A DNA stretch of 64,000 nucleotides, from assembly GCF_006345805.1 (NCBI RefSeq), contig NC_043012.1, positions 50,654,001 to 50,718,000 on the forward strand. Direction: 5' to 3'. Under the pieces are notes generated by a model that saw only the letters and a program-made list of their open reading frames with translations, searched no databases and had not been told where the DNA came from. The first letter of the stretch is position 1. Each line of letters opens with the position of its first letter. This document shows, one piece after another, positions 1 through 12,590 of the stretch. This DNA comes from Octopus sinensis (taxonomy: Eukaryota). Position numbers and translations under genes: made by a program.

Positions 1-610
1 ATTCGATAACGTATACACAAATCTACCAGCAGAGAAGGATATGGTTACGTTTGAAGATTTCACTAAGACATATTAATATGAATGATGCTCATTTATATTG
101 GATTATGACCGAAAAATTATACGAGGACAAGTTGCCGAAATGACATCTCTCCGATGGATTTCTTGAGTAACGTTACTCGATAGAGTGCACAGCATGGTGA
201 TCAGACATTTTGTCCAGATTGGGTCGCATTGTTTCCCAAAGAGAGGTCACAGATCCTATATTAATGACATATCGCAGTAAAGAATCGCAAGATAGATTCT
301 GCAGGTCGAGTCAACCGACAGAAGACCTAGCGGTAGATTAACAGACGATTAATTGGTTAATATCCACAATTTCAGTTGATCACGCTTGGGAATCAAGCTG
401 AATTTTGTACTTCTTTTAGGAAATCCTGTGATGCCTAAGGACTCTTACCCTACATCTCTTTTAGGTATAGTGGGCGAAGAACATGAATATATGATAGTAA
501 GAGCAAGACTAAATATCACATTATGATGTCTTTGGTAAAGTAATAATACTGATGCAACTTCATAGTTTACATTTTTCTTTGATGTAACTCTCGTAAGCAA
601 CGTTTTTATT

Positions 611-790
611 AATAATCCTTTCTACTATAGGTATGAGGTCTGAAGATTTGGGGCAGAGGGCTGGTCGATTACATCTACCGCATTGCATGACTGGTACCGT
701 TTTTCATCGAAACCGAAAGGATGAAAGGCAAAGTCGACCGCAGCTCAGAATTTCAACCGACGTGCTAACGATCCTGCCAGTTCGCTGCCT
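611..790 (-). mobile_element. tRNA-derived SINE, family A (degenerate copy)
   Basis: Reverse complement begins AGGCAGCGAACTGGCAGGATCGTTAGCACG (A-box-like head), contains GTCGACTTTGCCTTTCATCCTTTCGG and ends TAGTAGAAAGGATTATT; many copies in window. Confidence 0.8.
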
Positions 791-803
791 TACCCTTATC
801 GTT

Positions 804-1243
804 AATAACCCTTTCTACTATAGGCACGAAGCCTGAAGTTTTGGAGGAGGGGCAAGTCGATTAAATCGACTCCAATATTTCACTGGTACTTAATTTATCG
901 ACCCTGAAAGGATGAAGGTCAAAGTCGACTTCGGTGGGATTTGAACTTAGAACGTAATGGCAGACGAAATACCTATTTCGTTACTACCCACAAGGGGCTA
1001 AACACAGAGAGGACAAACAAGGACAAACAAACGGATTAAGTCGATTATATCGACGCCAGTGCGTAAGTGGTACTTATTTAATTGACCCCCCGAAAGGATG
1101 AAAGGTAAAGTCGACCTCAGCGGAATTTGAACTCAGAACGTAACGGCAGACGAAATACCTAATTCTTTACCACCCACAAGGGGCTAAACGCAGAAAAGAC
1201 AAACAAGGACATACAAACGGATAAAGCCGATTATATCGACCCG
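804..1243 (-). mobile_element. SINE family A concatemer (~187-bp units)
   Basis: GACGAAATACCT..CCCACAAGGGGCTAAAC junction recurs at ~963 and ~1149; same core motif as other family A copies. Confidence 0.8.
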
Positions 1244-1528
1244 GACAGTGATATTTGGAGATATGAGGTTCTAGAGAAGACCCGTCCATGTAATTGAGTG
1301 CAAGAAGAGTTGTGTTCACTCACTCTACCCTAAGAAATCGAACTACAACCCATCTTCTAACTGCGTATATTTCATGATTGTTTTCTAATCCCCTTTCTTG
1401 CCCTCACTGCCCTACTCATTATATTGCTATTTTTCTAACCAGGTTCTACATCCTATTTTTTCCTACCCAGGTTCCACGCTCATACTCTTTTTACTTGTGA
1501 GTATGACCTAGCACTACACAGTTCTTCT

Positions 1529-1529
<1 letters not shown>

Positions 1530-1580
<51 letters not shown>
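1530..1580. repeat. (CT)n microsatellite
   Basis: Direct reading. Confidence 0.95.
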
Positions 1581-1585
<5 letters not shown>

Positions 1586-2231
1586 CTTTTACTGTTTCCT
1601 ACACTCTCTCTATTTTCCTTTGGTCTTTCTCTCTCCCTCCTTCTCTTGTTTTTCGTCTGACTAGGTAACCAAGTATCTCCTTTACATCAGCACACTAAAC
1701 CACGCGCCTTAACACTTCAAATATGTATATATTGAGAAAATATAGTTCGAGATTTATGCTACTGTAATGGTAATAGGTTTGAGAAAAAGGAAACATATTT
1801 CTGGCATAAAATACACTCATAAAGGGTTTAGAGAAATATATTGACCGGAGTATTCCTTGTACTACTGGCGGTTATTTTGCAGGTCACTTTTGTCAATCGC
1901 TAATATACGGTATCGTAAACAAAAGAACATTGTTTGTCATACGGTGTTGAGGTACAATCAAGAACTCGCACACACACAGTTCTATGTATTTATTAATATA
2001 TGTATTGATATAATAGGGTAGAAGGCCAGCGAGTTCGGGAGAGTGGTAAGCGGATTACATCGACAGCAGTAGACAACTGGAATTTATTTTATCAACCCTG
2101 AAGTTATGAAGAGCAAAGTCAACCACACCGTAATGTGAAATAAGAAGGTAAAGATGGCCGAAATATCCCAAATAATCTTGTCCGGCGAAATAACAATTCC
2201 GCCAGCTTGTCAACTTAACGAAAAAAGGAAG

Positions 2232-2450
2232 AATAATAATTCTATCTACTGCATACACACGGCCTCAGAATCAGGGGAAGGAATTAAGTCGATTACATCG
2301 ATCCCAGTGAGTAACTGATACTCTAATCGAGCCCGAAAGGATGAAAGACAAAGTCGACCTTTGTGGAATATGAACTCAGTACGTAACGGCAGACAAAAAA
2401 CCGCTAAGCATTTCGCCGAGCATGCTAACGATACTGCCAGCTCGCCGCCT
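2232..2450 (-). mobile_element. SINE family A, full-length monomer
   Basis: Head AGGCGGCGAGCTGGCAGTATCGTTAGCATG on minus strand, B-box-like GAGTTCATATTCC, shared core. Confidence 0.8.
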
Positions 2451-2476
2451 TAATATAATAATAATATAATGATAAT

Positions 2477-2520
<44 letters not shown>

Positions 2521-2524
<4 letters not shown>

Positions 2525-3135
2525 GCCCTGATGCAGTACCAATGCCCTGATGCAGTACCAATGCCCTGATGCAGTATAAATGCCCTGATGCAGTACCAGG
2601 CAGTGGCTCTCATGGCTTCTGATCTTAACTGATTGGAAGTGTTATCATGTACATTGTTTTGTCTTGGTATAAAATATGGGCTACAGCAAATATTCTGCTC
2701 AGTACCACAGATTTGGTTGTCAGTTGTTTGACCTTAACCAGTTGAGCATGTCCCTTAGTGGCTGACGATATGTGCATCTCTGATCACGAGCAGAAGTAGT
2801 GGGGGGGCATCATAGCCATGTGTTGAGAGGGATTCTTTGGGGTTTGAATAATTCACCTCTGGAAACATGGGTGGTTCTTTCAACATCCTTAAGCAACCCT
2901 TATTTAGGGACCTTTTGAGCGGGATGGGCTACTCAACCTGAAGAAAATTCTAACTGGGCCCCACCTGCAAGGTCATGTGCTGTTTATCTTGATATGAGAT
3001 CACCATGTTGCGCACATATGGTTGAAATGCATGTGCCTGGTGTACCTTTATCAGACGGGTAGTCATGATGGGTATATTGGGCTTCGTATATTTTACCCCA
3101 GTGTCACTTTGATGGCATGAACTGCTCTCTCACTC
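2521..3135 (+). mobile_element. Non-coding ~560-bp interspersed element inserted in (AAT)n, first 19 nt tandemly repeated
   Basis: Near-identical inverted copy at 33394-33950, degenerate copy at ~4840-5165; both intact copies flanked on each side by (AAT)n. Orientation inferred from the AAT strand of the R4 LINE. Confidence 0.85.
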
Positions 3136-3159
3136 AATAATAATAATAATAATAATAAT

Positions 3160-3361
3160 GGCTTAAAATATTGCCACAAAGGCAGCAATTTTGGGAGAGG
3201 GATCAGTCGATTACATCGACCCCAGTGTTTATCTGGTACTTATTTTATCGAACCCGAAAGGATGGAAAGCAAAGTCGAAGTTGAACTGAGAAGGTAGCGA
3301 CGGGCGAAATACCACTAAACATTTCGTCCAGCGCGCTAACAACTCTTCCAGCACACCACCT
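3160..3361 (-). mobile_element. SINE family A (degenerate)
   Basis: GTCGATTACATCGACCCCAGTG and CCCGAAAGGATGGAAAGCAAAGTCGA motifs shared with other copies. Confidence 0.75.
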
Positions 3362-3414
3362 TATATAATAATAATAATAATAATAAACAATGATGATGAT
3401 GATGATGATGATGA

Positions 3415-3486
<72 letters not shown>

Positions 3487-3490
3487 TAAA

Positions 3491-3540
<50 letters not shown>

Positions 3541-3819
3541 TAGTTTAATTTTATCAATATAGAATATTTGAAAACTGTATAAGACGAATTATGAAGAGAA
3601 GTCACAAAATATGTATATTTTTAAGAGAAGGTGTGAATTCTTAGAATGGTGTACATCTACTTAAATATATGTAATTCATAATATAGGTATTTTGCACAAC
3701 GTTTATCACAATATTTAAATGACACTCTTTCATTTCCATTTGTTTTTAAAACTGATGTTTCAATTTCACCTCAATTTTCATTTCTAACTTTGAATATATT
3801 TTTCATCGCATGTGACTAG

Positions 3820-3985
<166 letters not shown>

Positions 3986-4143
3986 GCGCAAGTGTCGGTG
4001 TGTGGTGAGAAGCTTGCTACAAAACCACATGGTTCCGGGTTCAGTGATACTACGTGGCAACATGGGCAAGCGTCTGATACTATAGCTTGGGGCCTCCCAA
4101 AACCTTGTGCCTGGATATTCAGTAGCTGAAAAAGCCCCGTCGT
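3986..4143 (+). mobile_element. tRNA-derived SINE family B (CORE-like), 5' part
   Basis: GTGTGGTGAGAAGCTTGCT..AACCACATGGTTCCGGGTTCAGT head followed by CATGGGCAAG (CORE-like); copies at 40400, 46500, 55076. Confidence 0.7.
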
Positions 4144-4396
4144 GTGTGTGTGAAGGCATATAGCTCTTTTAAATTGAAAACGCAGTGCACGGGCATGTTA
4201 AACAACGACTTGGGTTAATCAGGAACTTCTGTAAGACTTCAAATTCAACTTACCCCAATGAATTTATTCTAAATGATTTGAGATACTAGTCCTGCCTTGA
4301 TTTTGAAATTTATTCTAGGATATATAAATAAACACACACACACACACATACATATATACATATATATAATGCATACATACACACACACACACACAC

Positions 4397-4467
<71 letters not shown>

Positions 4468-4839
4468 TTTAATCTTTTTACTTGGTTCAGTTATTTCATT
4501 GCGGACATGCTGGAGCACCGCGTTACAAACACATTCATACATAGATGCGCATGCATATGTGTAAATATAAAAGATCATTATATTGTCTCATCACATCCCG
4601 TCTATGTTACTGAAATGAGGGTGCTGATGGAGCAAACTAAAAATAACTATATTTACCAATAATCCCAGTATTGTTAGCTAAAATTCGTAATACAAGACGT
4701 ACAAGAACTGTAAATCAACAAACAGGAAACATTATATGAACATAAATATTCCTCTCTGATACACTGAAATTTAATAAGTAAACTACACTATTCGAACCAA
4801 TTTTTATTCATTATGACTCTCAAACTCATATTTATCTCA

Positions 4840-5165
4840 GCTACCATGTGCATCACTGATCTCGAGCAAGGGTAGCGAGAGCACACCAGAGGCATGTGTG
4901 GAGAGTGATACGTAGGGATTTGAATAATTCACCAACGGAAACGTTACTGTTCTATTCATCATACTTCAAACAACACTTATTGAGCGTCATTTTCGACCGA
5001 GATAGCCTACTGGACCTGAAGACAATTCTAACTGAGCCCCACTTGAAAGGTAAGGCGATGTTTGTTCTTCATATGAGGTCAGCAACACGCGCACATATGA
5101 ATCAGGTTATGATGCACGTGTCTGGAGTATCCTTGTCAGACGGGTGTATTGGCCATGCGGTGCAC
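4840..5165 (+). mobile_element. Old degenerate 3' half of the (AAT)n-targeting element
   Basis: ATGTGCATCACTGATCTCGAGCA, TTTGAATAATTCACC, ACCTGAAGACAATTCTAACTGAGCCCCAC, TCAGACGGGT match 2770-3060 in order. Confidence 0.75.
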
Positions 5166-5286
5166 TAACAATAATACTAATACTACTAATAATAACGAAT
5201 AACAACAACAGTTATTCTAACATAAAGATAATCAGAAAATATTTATAAACACCAAGATACAAATGTTGGTATATTTGTACTCGTAT

Positions 5287-5327
<41 letters not shown>

Positions 5328-5401
5328 TATACATATATATATATGTATATATATGTATATATATATATATATTAATATATGTATATATATATATATGTGT
5401 G

Positions 5402-5436
<35 letters not shown>

Positions 5437-5601
5437 ATAGCTATCGCCATACTAATATGGCATTCTTATAAAAATAAGAATAAAGCTGTCCGCTTATTAG
5501 CTCCATGAGGCCATCGCCTTAAGTTAGCTATTGATACACAAACTGTATCCATATAACCTTCGAACAAGGGAGGTCAGTCGCTCCACACTACTTGACCGGC
5601 A

Positions 5602-5643
5602 GCTACAGACGCGTTTCAGGGTATTGCCCCTTTTCAATGCAGC
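5602..5643 (-). ncRNA. Minimal type-I hammerhead ribozyme, U3-A8 core
   Basis: Minus strand: GCUGCA-UUGAAAA-GGGG caaua CCCU-GAAA-CGCG-UC/UGUAGC; 6-bp stem I, 4-bp stem II, palindromic ACGCGU stem III. Confidence 0.8.
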
Positions 5644-5963
5644 GTAGCCAGCCAGTAGGTGTCGCTTCCGACAATCTCTGTTCGATGGTTTTATTTACCT
5701 AGTTTCGGTGGAATACATCCACTTGTTTTCAATAATAGAAATATTAAAATTACTAAGTCTCTCTAAAAGAGAACAGCGGCAGCGTTCCCGGAAAATAATA
5801 GCTATCGCCATACTAATATGGCATTCTTATAAAAATAAGAATAAAGCTGTCCGCTTATTAGCTCCATGAGGCCATCGCCTTAAGTTAGCTATTTGATACA
5901 CAAACTGTATCCATATAACCTTCGAACAAGGGAGGAGAGTCGCTCCACACTACTTGACCGGCA

Positions 5964-6005
5964 GCTACAGACGCGTTTCAGGGTATTGCCCCTTTTCAAT
6001 GTAGC
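5964..6005 (-). ncRNA. Minimal type-I hammerhead ribozyme, second copy
   Basis: GCUACA-UUGAAAA-GGGG caaua CCCU-GAAA-CGCG-UC/UGUAGC. Confidence 0.8.
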
Positions 6006-6191
6006 TGCCGGTCAAGTAGTGTGGAGCGACTGACCTCCCTTGTTCGAAGGTTATATGGATACAGTTTGTGTATCAATAGCTAACTTAAGGCGATGGCCTC
6101 ATGGAGCTAATAAGCGGACAGCTTTATTCTTATTTTTATAAGAATGCCATATTAGTATGGCGATAGCTATTATTATACATATATATATGTG

Positions 6192-6257
<66 letters not shown>

Positions 6258-6898
6258 TATATGTACACACACATATACATACACCCCCGCATACATTTAC
6301 ATATGATTTTGTATTTACGTATATATATGAATGTTTCTCGTATGTGTATATGCGTTGTACATAAACATATGTATAACTGTGTATACTATAAGTACATCTA
6401 CAAGAATCGTCCAATGATTGATAGTGCTTTACTTCATGTTTGTGTTTCTAATTATATAATACATTTTGGCTTGAAAAATATAATAAAATTACATCGAAGA
6501 TATATCGCTTTCCCCCTCCGGAGAATAAACTTTCGTTAAACTTAAGTAATGTTACGACGGAAAATTTATTCAAATTAACGCCTTGAAAACCTCAACGCTC
6601 TGCTAAAATAGGCGTCTTTCCAAAATTTTATTCAGTACAGCGAAATTTGATATCCTCTGTCTCATGTTTATTTTTTTTTTTTTGTAATTTATTTATATAT
6701 TTTTGTCATCAAGTCTTCTTCGAATTATCTAGAATAACTATGTCTGTCTACATATATCTATCTATAAACATATATGTGCATGTGTGTACACACGCAGATA
6801 TATAGATATATATACATGTGTGTGTGTGTATATATATATATTCATGCATGCACGTGTGCATGTGCATATATATGTGTGCGTGTGCGTGTATCTATATC

Positions 6899-6932
<34 letters not shown>

Positions 6933-7387
6933 AGTATATACACACACACACATATATATATGCGTATGTAGAAAATAATTTAGAAATATAGACAAATGTA
7001 TATGTATATCTATCTATATATATATATGTATGTACGTGTGTTTGTTTGTGTGCTTGTGTGTGTGTGTGCATGTGTGTGTGCGTGTGTGTGTGTGTGCCTC
7101 TGTGTGTGTGTGTGTGTTCGTATATGTGTATGTGTGCATGTTTGCTGATAGAAGTGCCCGATAACAGACATAACGAGATCTAATACATTCCTATAACCAC
7201 TGAAACGTAAATTCACGCTTACAAATCTGCATGCATTTTATTTCAAATAAATCTAAAAATATATTCTGTTACGTGCTCATCTGAATCAGGCAGTACATCA
7301 TTGACATGTGTCTGTATATCTATATCTATCAATCTATCTATATATATATATATATGTATGTATGTATGTATGTAGTATGTATGTATG

Positions 7388-7442
<55 letters not shown>

Positions 7443-7459
7443 GTATGTTATATATATAT

Positions 7460-7490
<31 letters not shown>

Positions 7491-7495
7491 GTATG

Positions 7496-7573
<78 letters not shown>

Positions 7574-8837
7574 AATATACATGTAAGCGGAAGTTGTTAT
7601 AAGGTGAGTGGGCATGTGCGTAATATTTGAAGTGAATTGCATATCTCGTGGTCTTTTATAAGAGGAATGTATGCGTAAGTTCGAAGATTCCTCTGAAATT
7701 CTTAAGCTCTGGAATTTAGTCTCTTTACGCATTATGTGAGGGTATATATCAATGTTAATCAAACTGCTCGTAGATTTCTGCATTTTCTATCTAAATCATA
7801 CGTTATGATCTCTATCATCTATTGGGAATGCTAACAGCAGGATAGATATTTCGACGGAAGTGAGATTCACAAAATATTTTATCGTGTAATTCTCCTGCAT
7901 TCATACAGACGCAAACATATGCACACCTCACACCATCAACGCATAGATAATATAGTTTTGTGAATTAATTACTATTGGTGTTATGCATATACACAAACTC
8001 CCCCCACACACACACATACAAACGCACAGACGTGTATGTGTGTGTGTCTCTGTATTCATTTCGTGTACGAACGTACACAGAAATGGATGCTGTTTGACAC
8101 ATATCTATATATATATATATATATACATGCTCGTCCATGCATGTATAAATATACATAATACAAATATATATAAACGTATATATAACTATATATATATATA
8201 TGTATATATGTAAACACACACACAGACACACACATATATATATATATATACATACATATATGTTCATACATGGAAGCATAAATATAAACATCTATATACA
8301 TATACTATCGCACACATATCCACTTTCCAACATAACACACAAACATTTATTCATGAATGCGTGTGTTTGTGTGTATGTGCGTGGGTTTTTGTATTCCTGT
8401 GAATATTAGAGAAAGAGAGAGAGAGTGAGAAAAGAGAGAGATAGTGAGTGAGTGAGTGAGTGAGATAGAGAGAAAGAGGGAGAGAGAGGCAAATATAGAG
8501 AATATGGTTTTCATCATATGCAACTACATATACTGATGTGAATCAGAGAGAGAATTTTTAAATATATAAATATATCCCTTCTCCCTTTCGTTCATCAATT
8601 TTAAGTTCACACTACGACCACCATCAAAAAGCTAACAAAACAAAATCCCGTTACGTACAATATGTTTTATGTCGAATAACAATAAAAAACACTTCTTTAC
8701 AATATAAATTTACGAATGAGTAAATTTATGTATCTTTATATGTTCTTTGTGATACTAGTCGGTATAATACGTTACGAATATGACCGTATTCTCTGCCATT
8801 TTTTCTATCTCTCCTTCAGTTAGACTGATATGCAGGA

Positions 8838-8884
<47 letters not shown>

Positions 8885-8989
8885 AAGAGATAGAGAGACA
8901 GACAGAGAGAGAGAGACAGAGAGGGAGAAAGTGAAAGAGAGAGAATAATTTTATAAAATTATTTTAGCATTTTCTATCCTGACTTGTTT

Positions 8990-9029
<40 letters not shown>

Positions 9030-9924
9030 TATATGTATATAGACATATATACGCATACACACACACGCATATGTACCTGAATATATGGATTGTATGCATA
9101 TGACAAAACTGATGATAATAAACAAGTTTATTATAGTCATTGAAGCATGATTTGGGAGAGCGCGGAATAAGGAAACACCATATTATTTTATATATTTAAT
9201 TCTATTTGGTGTTTCTTATTGTCGGCGAATAATATCAGCGATATTTACACCTTACAATTACGTTCTTGCTAAAATTTCACTGATTTCGAAAAAAAGTTTA
9301 AACAACCACTAAATATTTCCGATTGTCTCCGACAGAAGGATTAAATTGTAGAAGAATGGAACTAACGAATTCCTCGTTGTCCAAAGAATCATAGGTAATG
9401 CCACCCATTTTGGTCTTTAAACAATACTTTGTGAAATATACAACCTTATCTAGCAGCGCACCATCAAGGAAATCAAATTTGGTTTGCAAACCAAAAATGT
9501 GAAGGCATCTCTCGTCATATTGAAGAATATTTTCACACCGTTCATTTAATACCTCATTATTAAATTGCAGGAAATTTGCTTAATTACTTTTCCAAACCTT
9601 CTGAATTACCATGTGATTTCTTGTGAAACATAATGCATCATCTCAGGAATCAATAAACTAAAATGTGCATACATTGTAATCAGAAGTGGTGGAATTGCCA
9701 GGGAAGTATCTATGAAGTAAGCTAACAAACTTCTCATGCTATATATTTCATACAGAAAAACAATTCCGTTCACGAACTAAACCCTTCGTTTTTGTGAACA
9801 TTTCAAAAACCCGAGTAAGACAAGCATTCTTGAGATCTATTGCATAGTATAACGTTAGATTAGAACGATGTTTTGAACTGATAAAAAAATACGTATTTGA
9901 GAGTCAGTATGCATTCATATATTA

Positions 9925-10112
9925 TGATAGATCGCTAGCCACTACACATTCTTTATTTTCTGTCCTTGTTTCTTTCTCTGATCCTTTCTGTGGAAGAGCG
10001 TAGAGTAGAAATGATCAAGACATTTTCACTTACCGAGCGTTATACTAATACATGTTTGTTATCTACACCACCTGTCTCTGTCCTTTCTTCGTTTGTGAAT
10101 TCCCCCCTCCCC
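9925..10112 (+). mobile_element. ~190-bp (TA)n-associated repeat, family H (decayed hammerhead-like motif)
   Basis: Homologous to the reverse complements of 31015-31213 and 62316-62500 (GATAGATCGCTAGCCACTACACATTCTTTATTTTCT). Confidence 0.75.
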
Positions 10113-10132
10113 TATATATGTATATATGTATA

Positions 10133-10178
<46 letters not shown>

Positions 10179-10213
10179 ATATACATTCATACATATATAT
10201 ATATATATACGTA

Positions 10214-10259
<46 letters not shown>

Positions 10260-12379
10260 TATATATGTATGTACGTATGTATGCATATACATAGCTATGT
10301 ATAAGTTCAGCCCTATCCTTGCCACTCAATTTGGAATGTTCTTCCGCGATTTTATCATTTCTCTTTAAATATCTTTAGAGCAACAATAATTACACCATTT
10401 TCAAAGAAAAGAAATGTCTATGATTGTTGTAGGACGGGTATTGGCAATGTTTCTCGAGAAGCGGTTTGCATAACAAATGCATAATGATAGGACAGACGAC
10501 ATATTGACGGTTATTTTTCGTTTACACGTCCCTTTCAAAAAGGGCTGTGACCACAGTTTGTCCGCGACTGATGTAGGATATCTGTGCGGAATAACCCTTA
10601 AACTAAGTGGAGGAAGATTTTACTGGAAATATCAACTCATACAAATAATTTTTGTATGAATAATGACATCCAAGAATGTATGTAAATATCGAGTATTTTC
10701 ATAAAACCACAATCTCACTGAATATTGGTTGCTTTACTGTAGACCAGTGGTTCGAAGCCTATGTTCCGCAAAGGTAGTACTGGTGGAGGGAGGTCTGTGA
10801 ACTAAATTCAAAATTTTATATATTTATACACACACACACAAGGGAAGGCATATTAAAAGGAGTCCGTGGGAAAACTCATTTACATAACGGGGGTCCTTGA
10901 CAGGAACGACTACTGTAAGCAATACATTCACGACTAATATTTGAACGTTATCAAATGATAAAAAAATGACTAGAGTAGGAATGCGTACATATAAGCATAT
11001 ATACATACATACATACATATATACATACATATATACATACATATATACATACATATATACATACATATATACATATATACATACATACATACATACATAC
11101 ATACATACATACATACATAGATACATACATATATACATACATACATACATACATACATATACACATACATATACACCATACATACATGCATATATACATA
11201 CATATATACATATATAAATATATAAATATATAGATATATATATATAAACATATATATATTTATATATATATAAATACATATAAAAATATATATATAAATA
11301 TATATATATATAAGTACATTCACACACTCCACCACACACACACACACACACACACACACAATATATATAGTTACTATCAAACATAAGAATATATATCTGT
11401 ATCTATGCGTACGTTGTGTGCGCGCGCATGTGTGCGTCTATATATGTTTATGTTTTGAAAGAGTACGGAACGTTCGTGAGTATACATACGTTCCTACGTA
11501 CATACATTTAACTTGTCAACCAACATCAAAGCTATGTTGTTCTAACTGGAGTTTTATATTTCTTTGATGTGTTTCACCAGTAAACAATAGTTCAAAAAAG
11601 TATCATTTGCAGTGTATATGACTGGCCCTGTTTGAGACTTATAAACAGGTTTGTGTGGATAACCTATTGTATATTACACTTTTTTTTTCAGCGTTTCCTC
11701 TTCTGAATTAAATTAATCCAGTTGAAGTATATATGAATCAGATCGTTACACCCCAATGTTACAAATAAAAAGAAAATATGTTTTTGCAAAATAGCATAAC
11801 TTAAATGCTTTTTTCACTTTCTAGGAATTTTTTCGAGCGTTTATGCTTAAAACATATTATAAAAGTCTAGAATCAGCTCATGTATGCCCTTGTAGAGGAA
11901 ATGTACCTATCGTAAACGTATCCCTATATAGGAAAGCCTGGGTCAACATATGTCAAAAGGATCATAAGGACCATTCTCTAGTCTTCCTTTAAGACTATTC
12001 GGTAAACTTGTATTTTAAATAACTAGGGGAATGTGTGAATGAGCTGTACAACATCCACTCCATTCTTACACTCATACAGCATCGGTTCTTTGTGTAAATG
12101 ATATACAAATATGTAAACATTATCGACTGGAATGCTGAGACATCAGAACCTAATTACACATTCTAATTACAGTTTTTTCAAGCACATTTCTTTCTCGATA
12201 TCTAAATTATTAATACATTTTAAAGACTTCTAGTAATGCTGGTTAATGGCGTCTGTACGCTGCTTTAGATTAAATATATCTGAGCACAAATTTCTTAAAA
12301 TTATCCACTCTAAGTGCTTTTGTGAAATCTGACAAATTTTTAGCAGGGCAGTTCTTATTTTCTAAAAGTTCGATTAAAA

Positions 12380-12590
12380 TAACCCTTTCTATTTTAGGAT
12401 ACGAAGCTTCAAATTTTGTGGGAGATTGGAATAGTCGATTACATCGATTCCATTGCTCAGCTAGTACTTATTTCGTCGACCCAGAAAGGGAAAATAGCAA
12501 AGTCGACTTTGACTGAATGTGAAATCTGAACGTAAAGGCGGACGTATTGCCGCTAACCTATTTGTCCGATGCGCTAACGATGCTGCAAGA
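12380..12590 (-). mobile_element. SINE family A (old copy)
   Basis: AGTCGATTACATCGA, GCAAAGTCGAC and GCGCTAACGATGCTGC motifs. Confidence 0.65.

Larger units (their letters stand above)
5434..6174 (-). mobile_element. Non-coding hammerhead-bearing tandem plus inverted repeat element (retrozyme / Penelope pLTR-like) in (TA)n
   Basis: 5434-5639 repeated directly at 5795-6001 (period 361-362) and inverted at 6000-6174; (TA)n on both sides; no ORF. Confidence 0.85.

Noticed and set aside
2522-2597. CRISPR-like short repeats
   Set aside because: No spacers, eukaryotic context; terminal reiteration of a repeat element.
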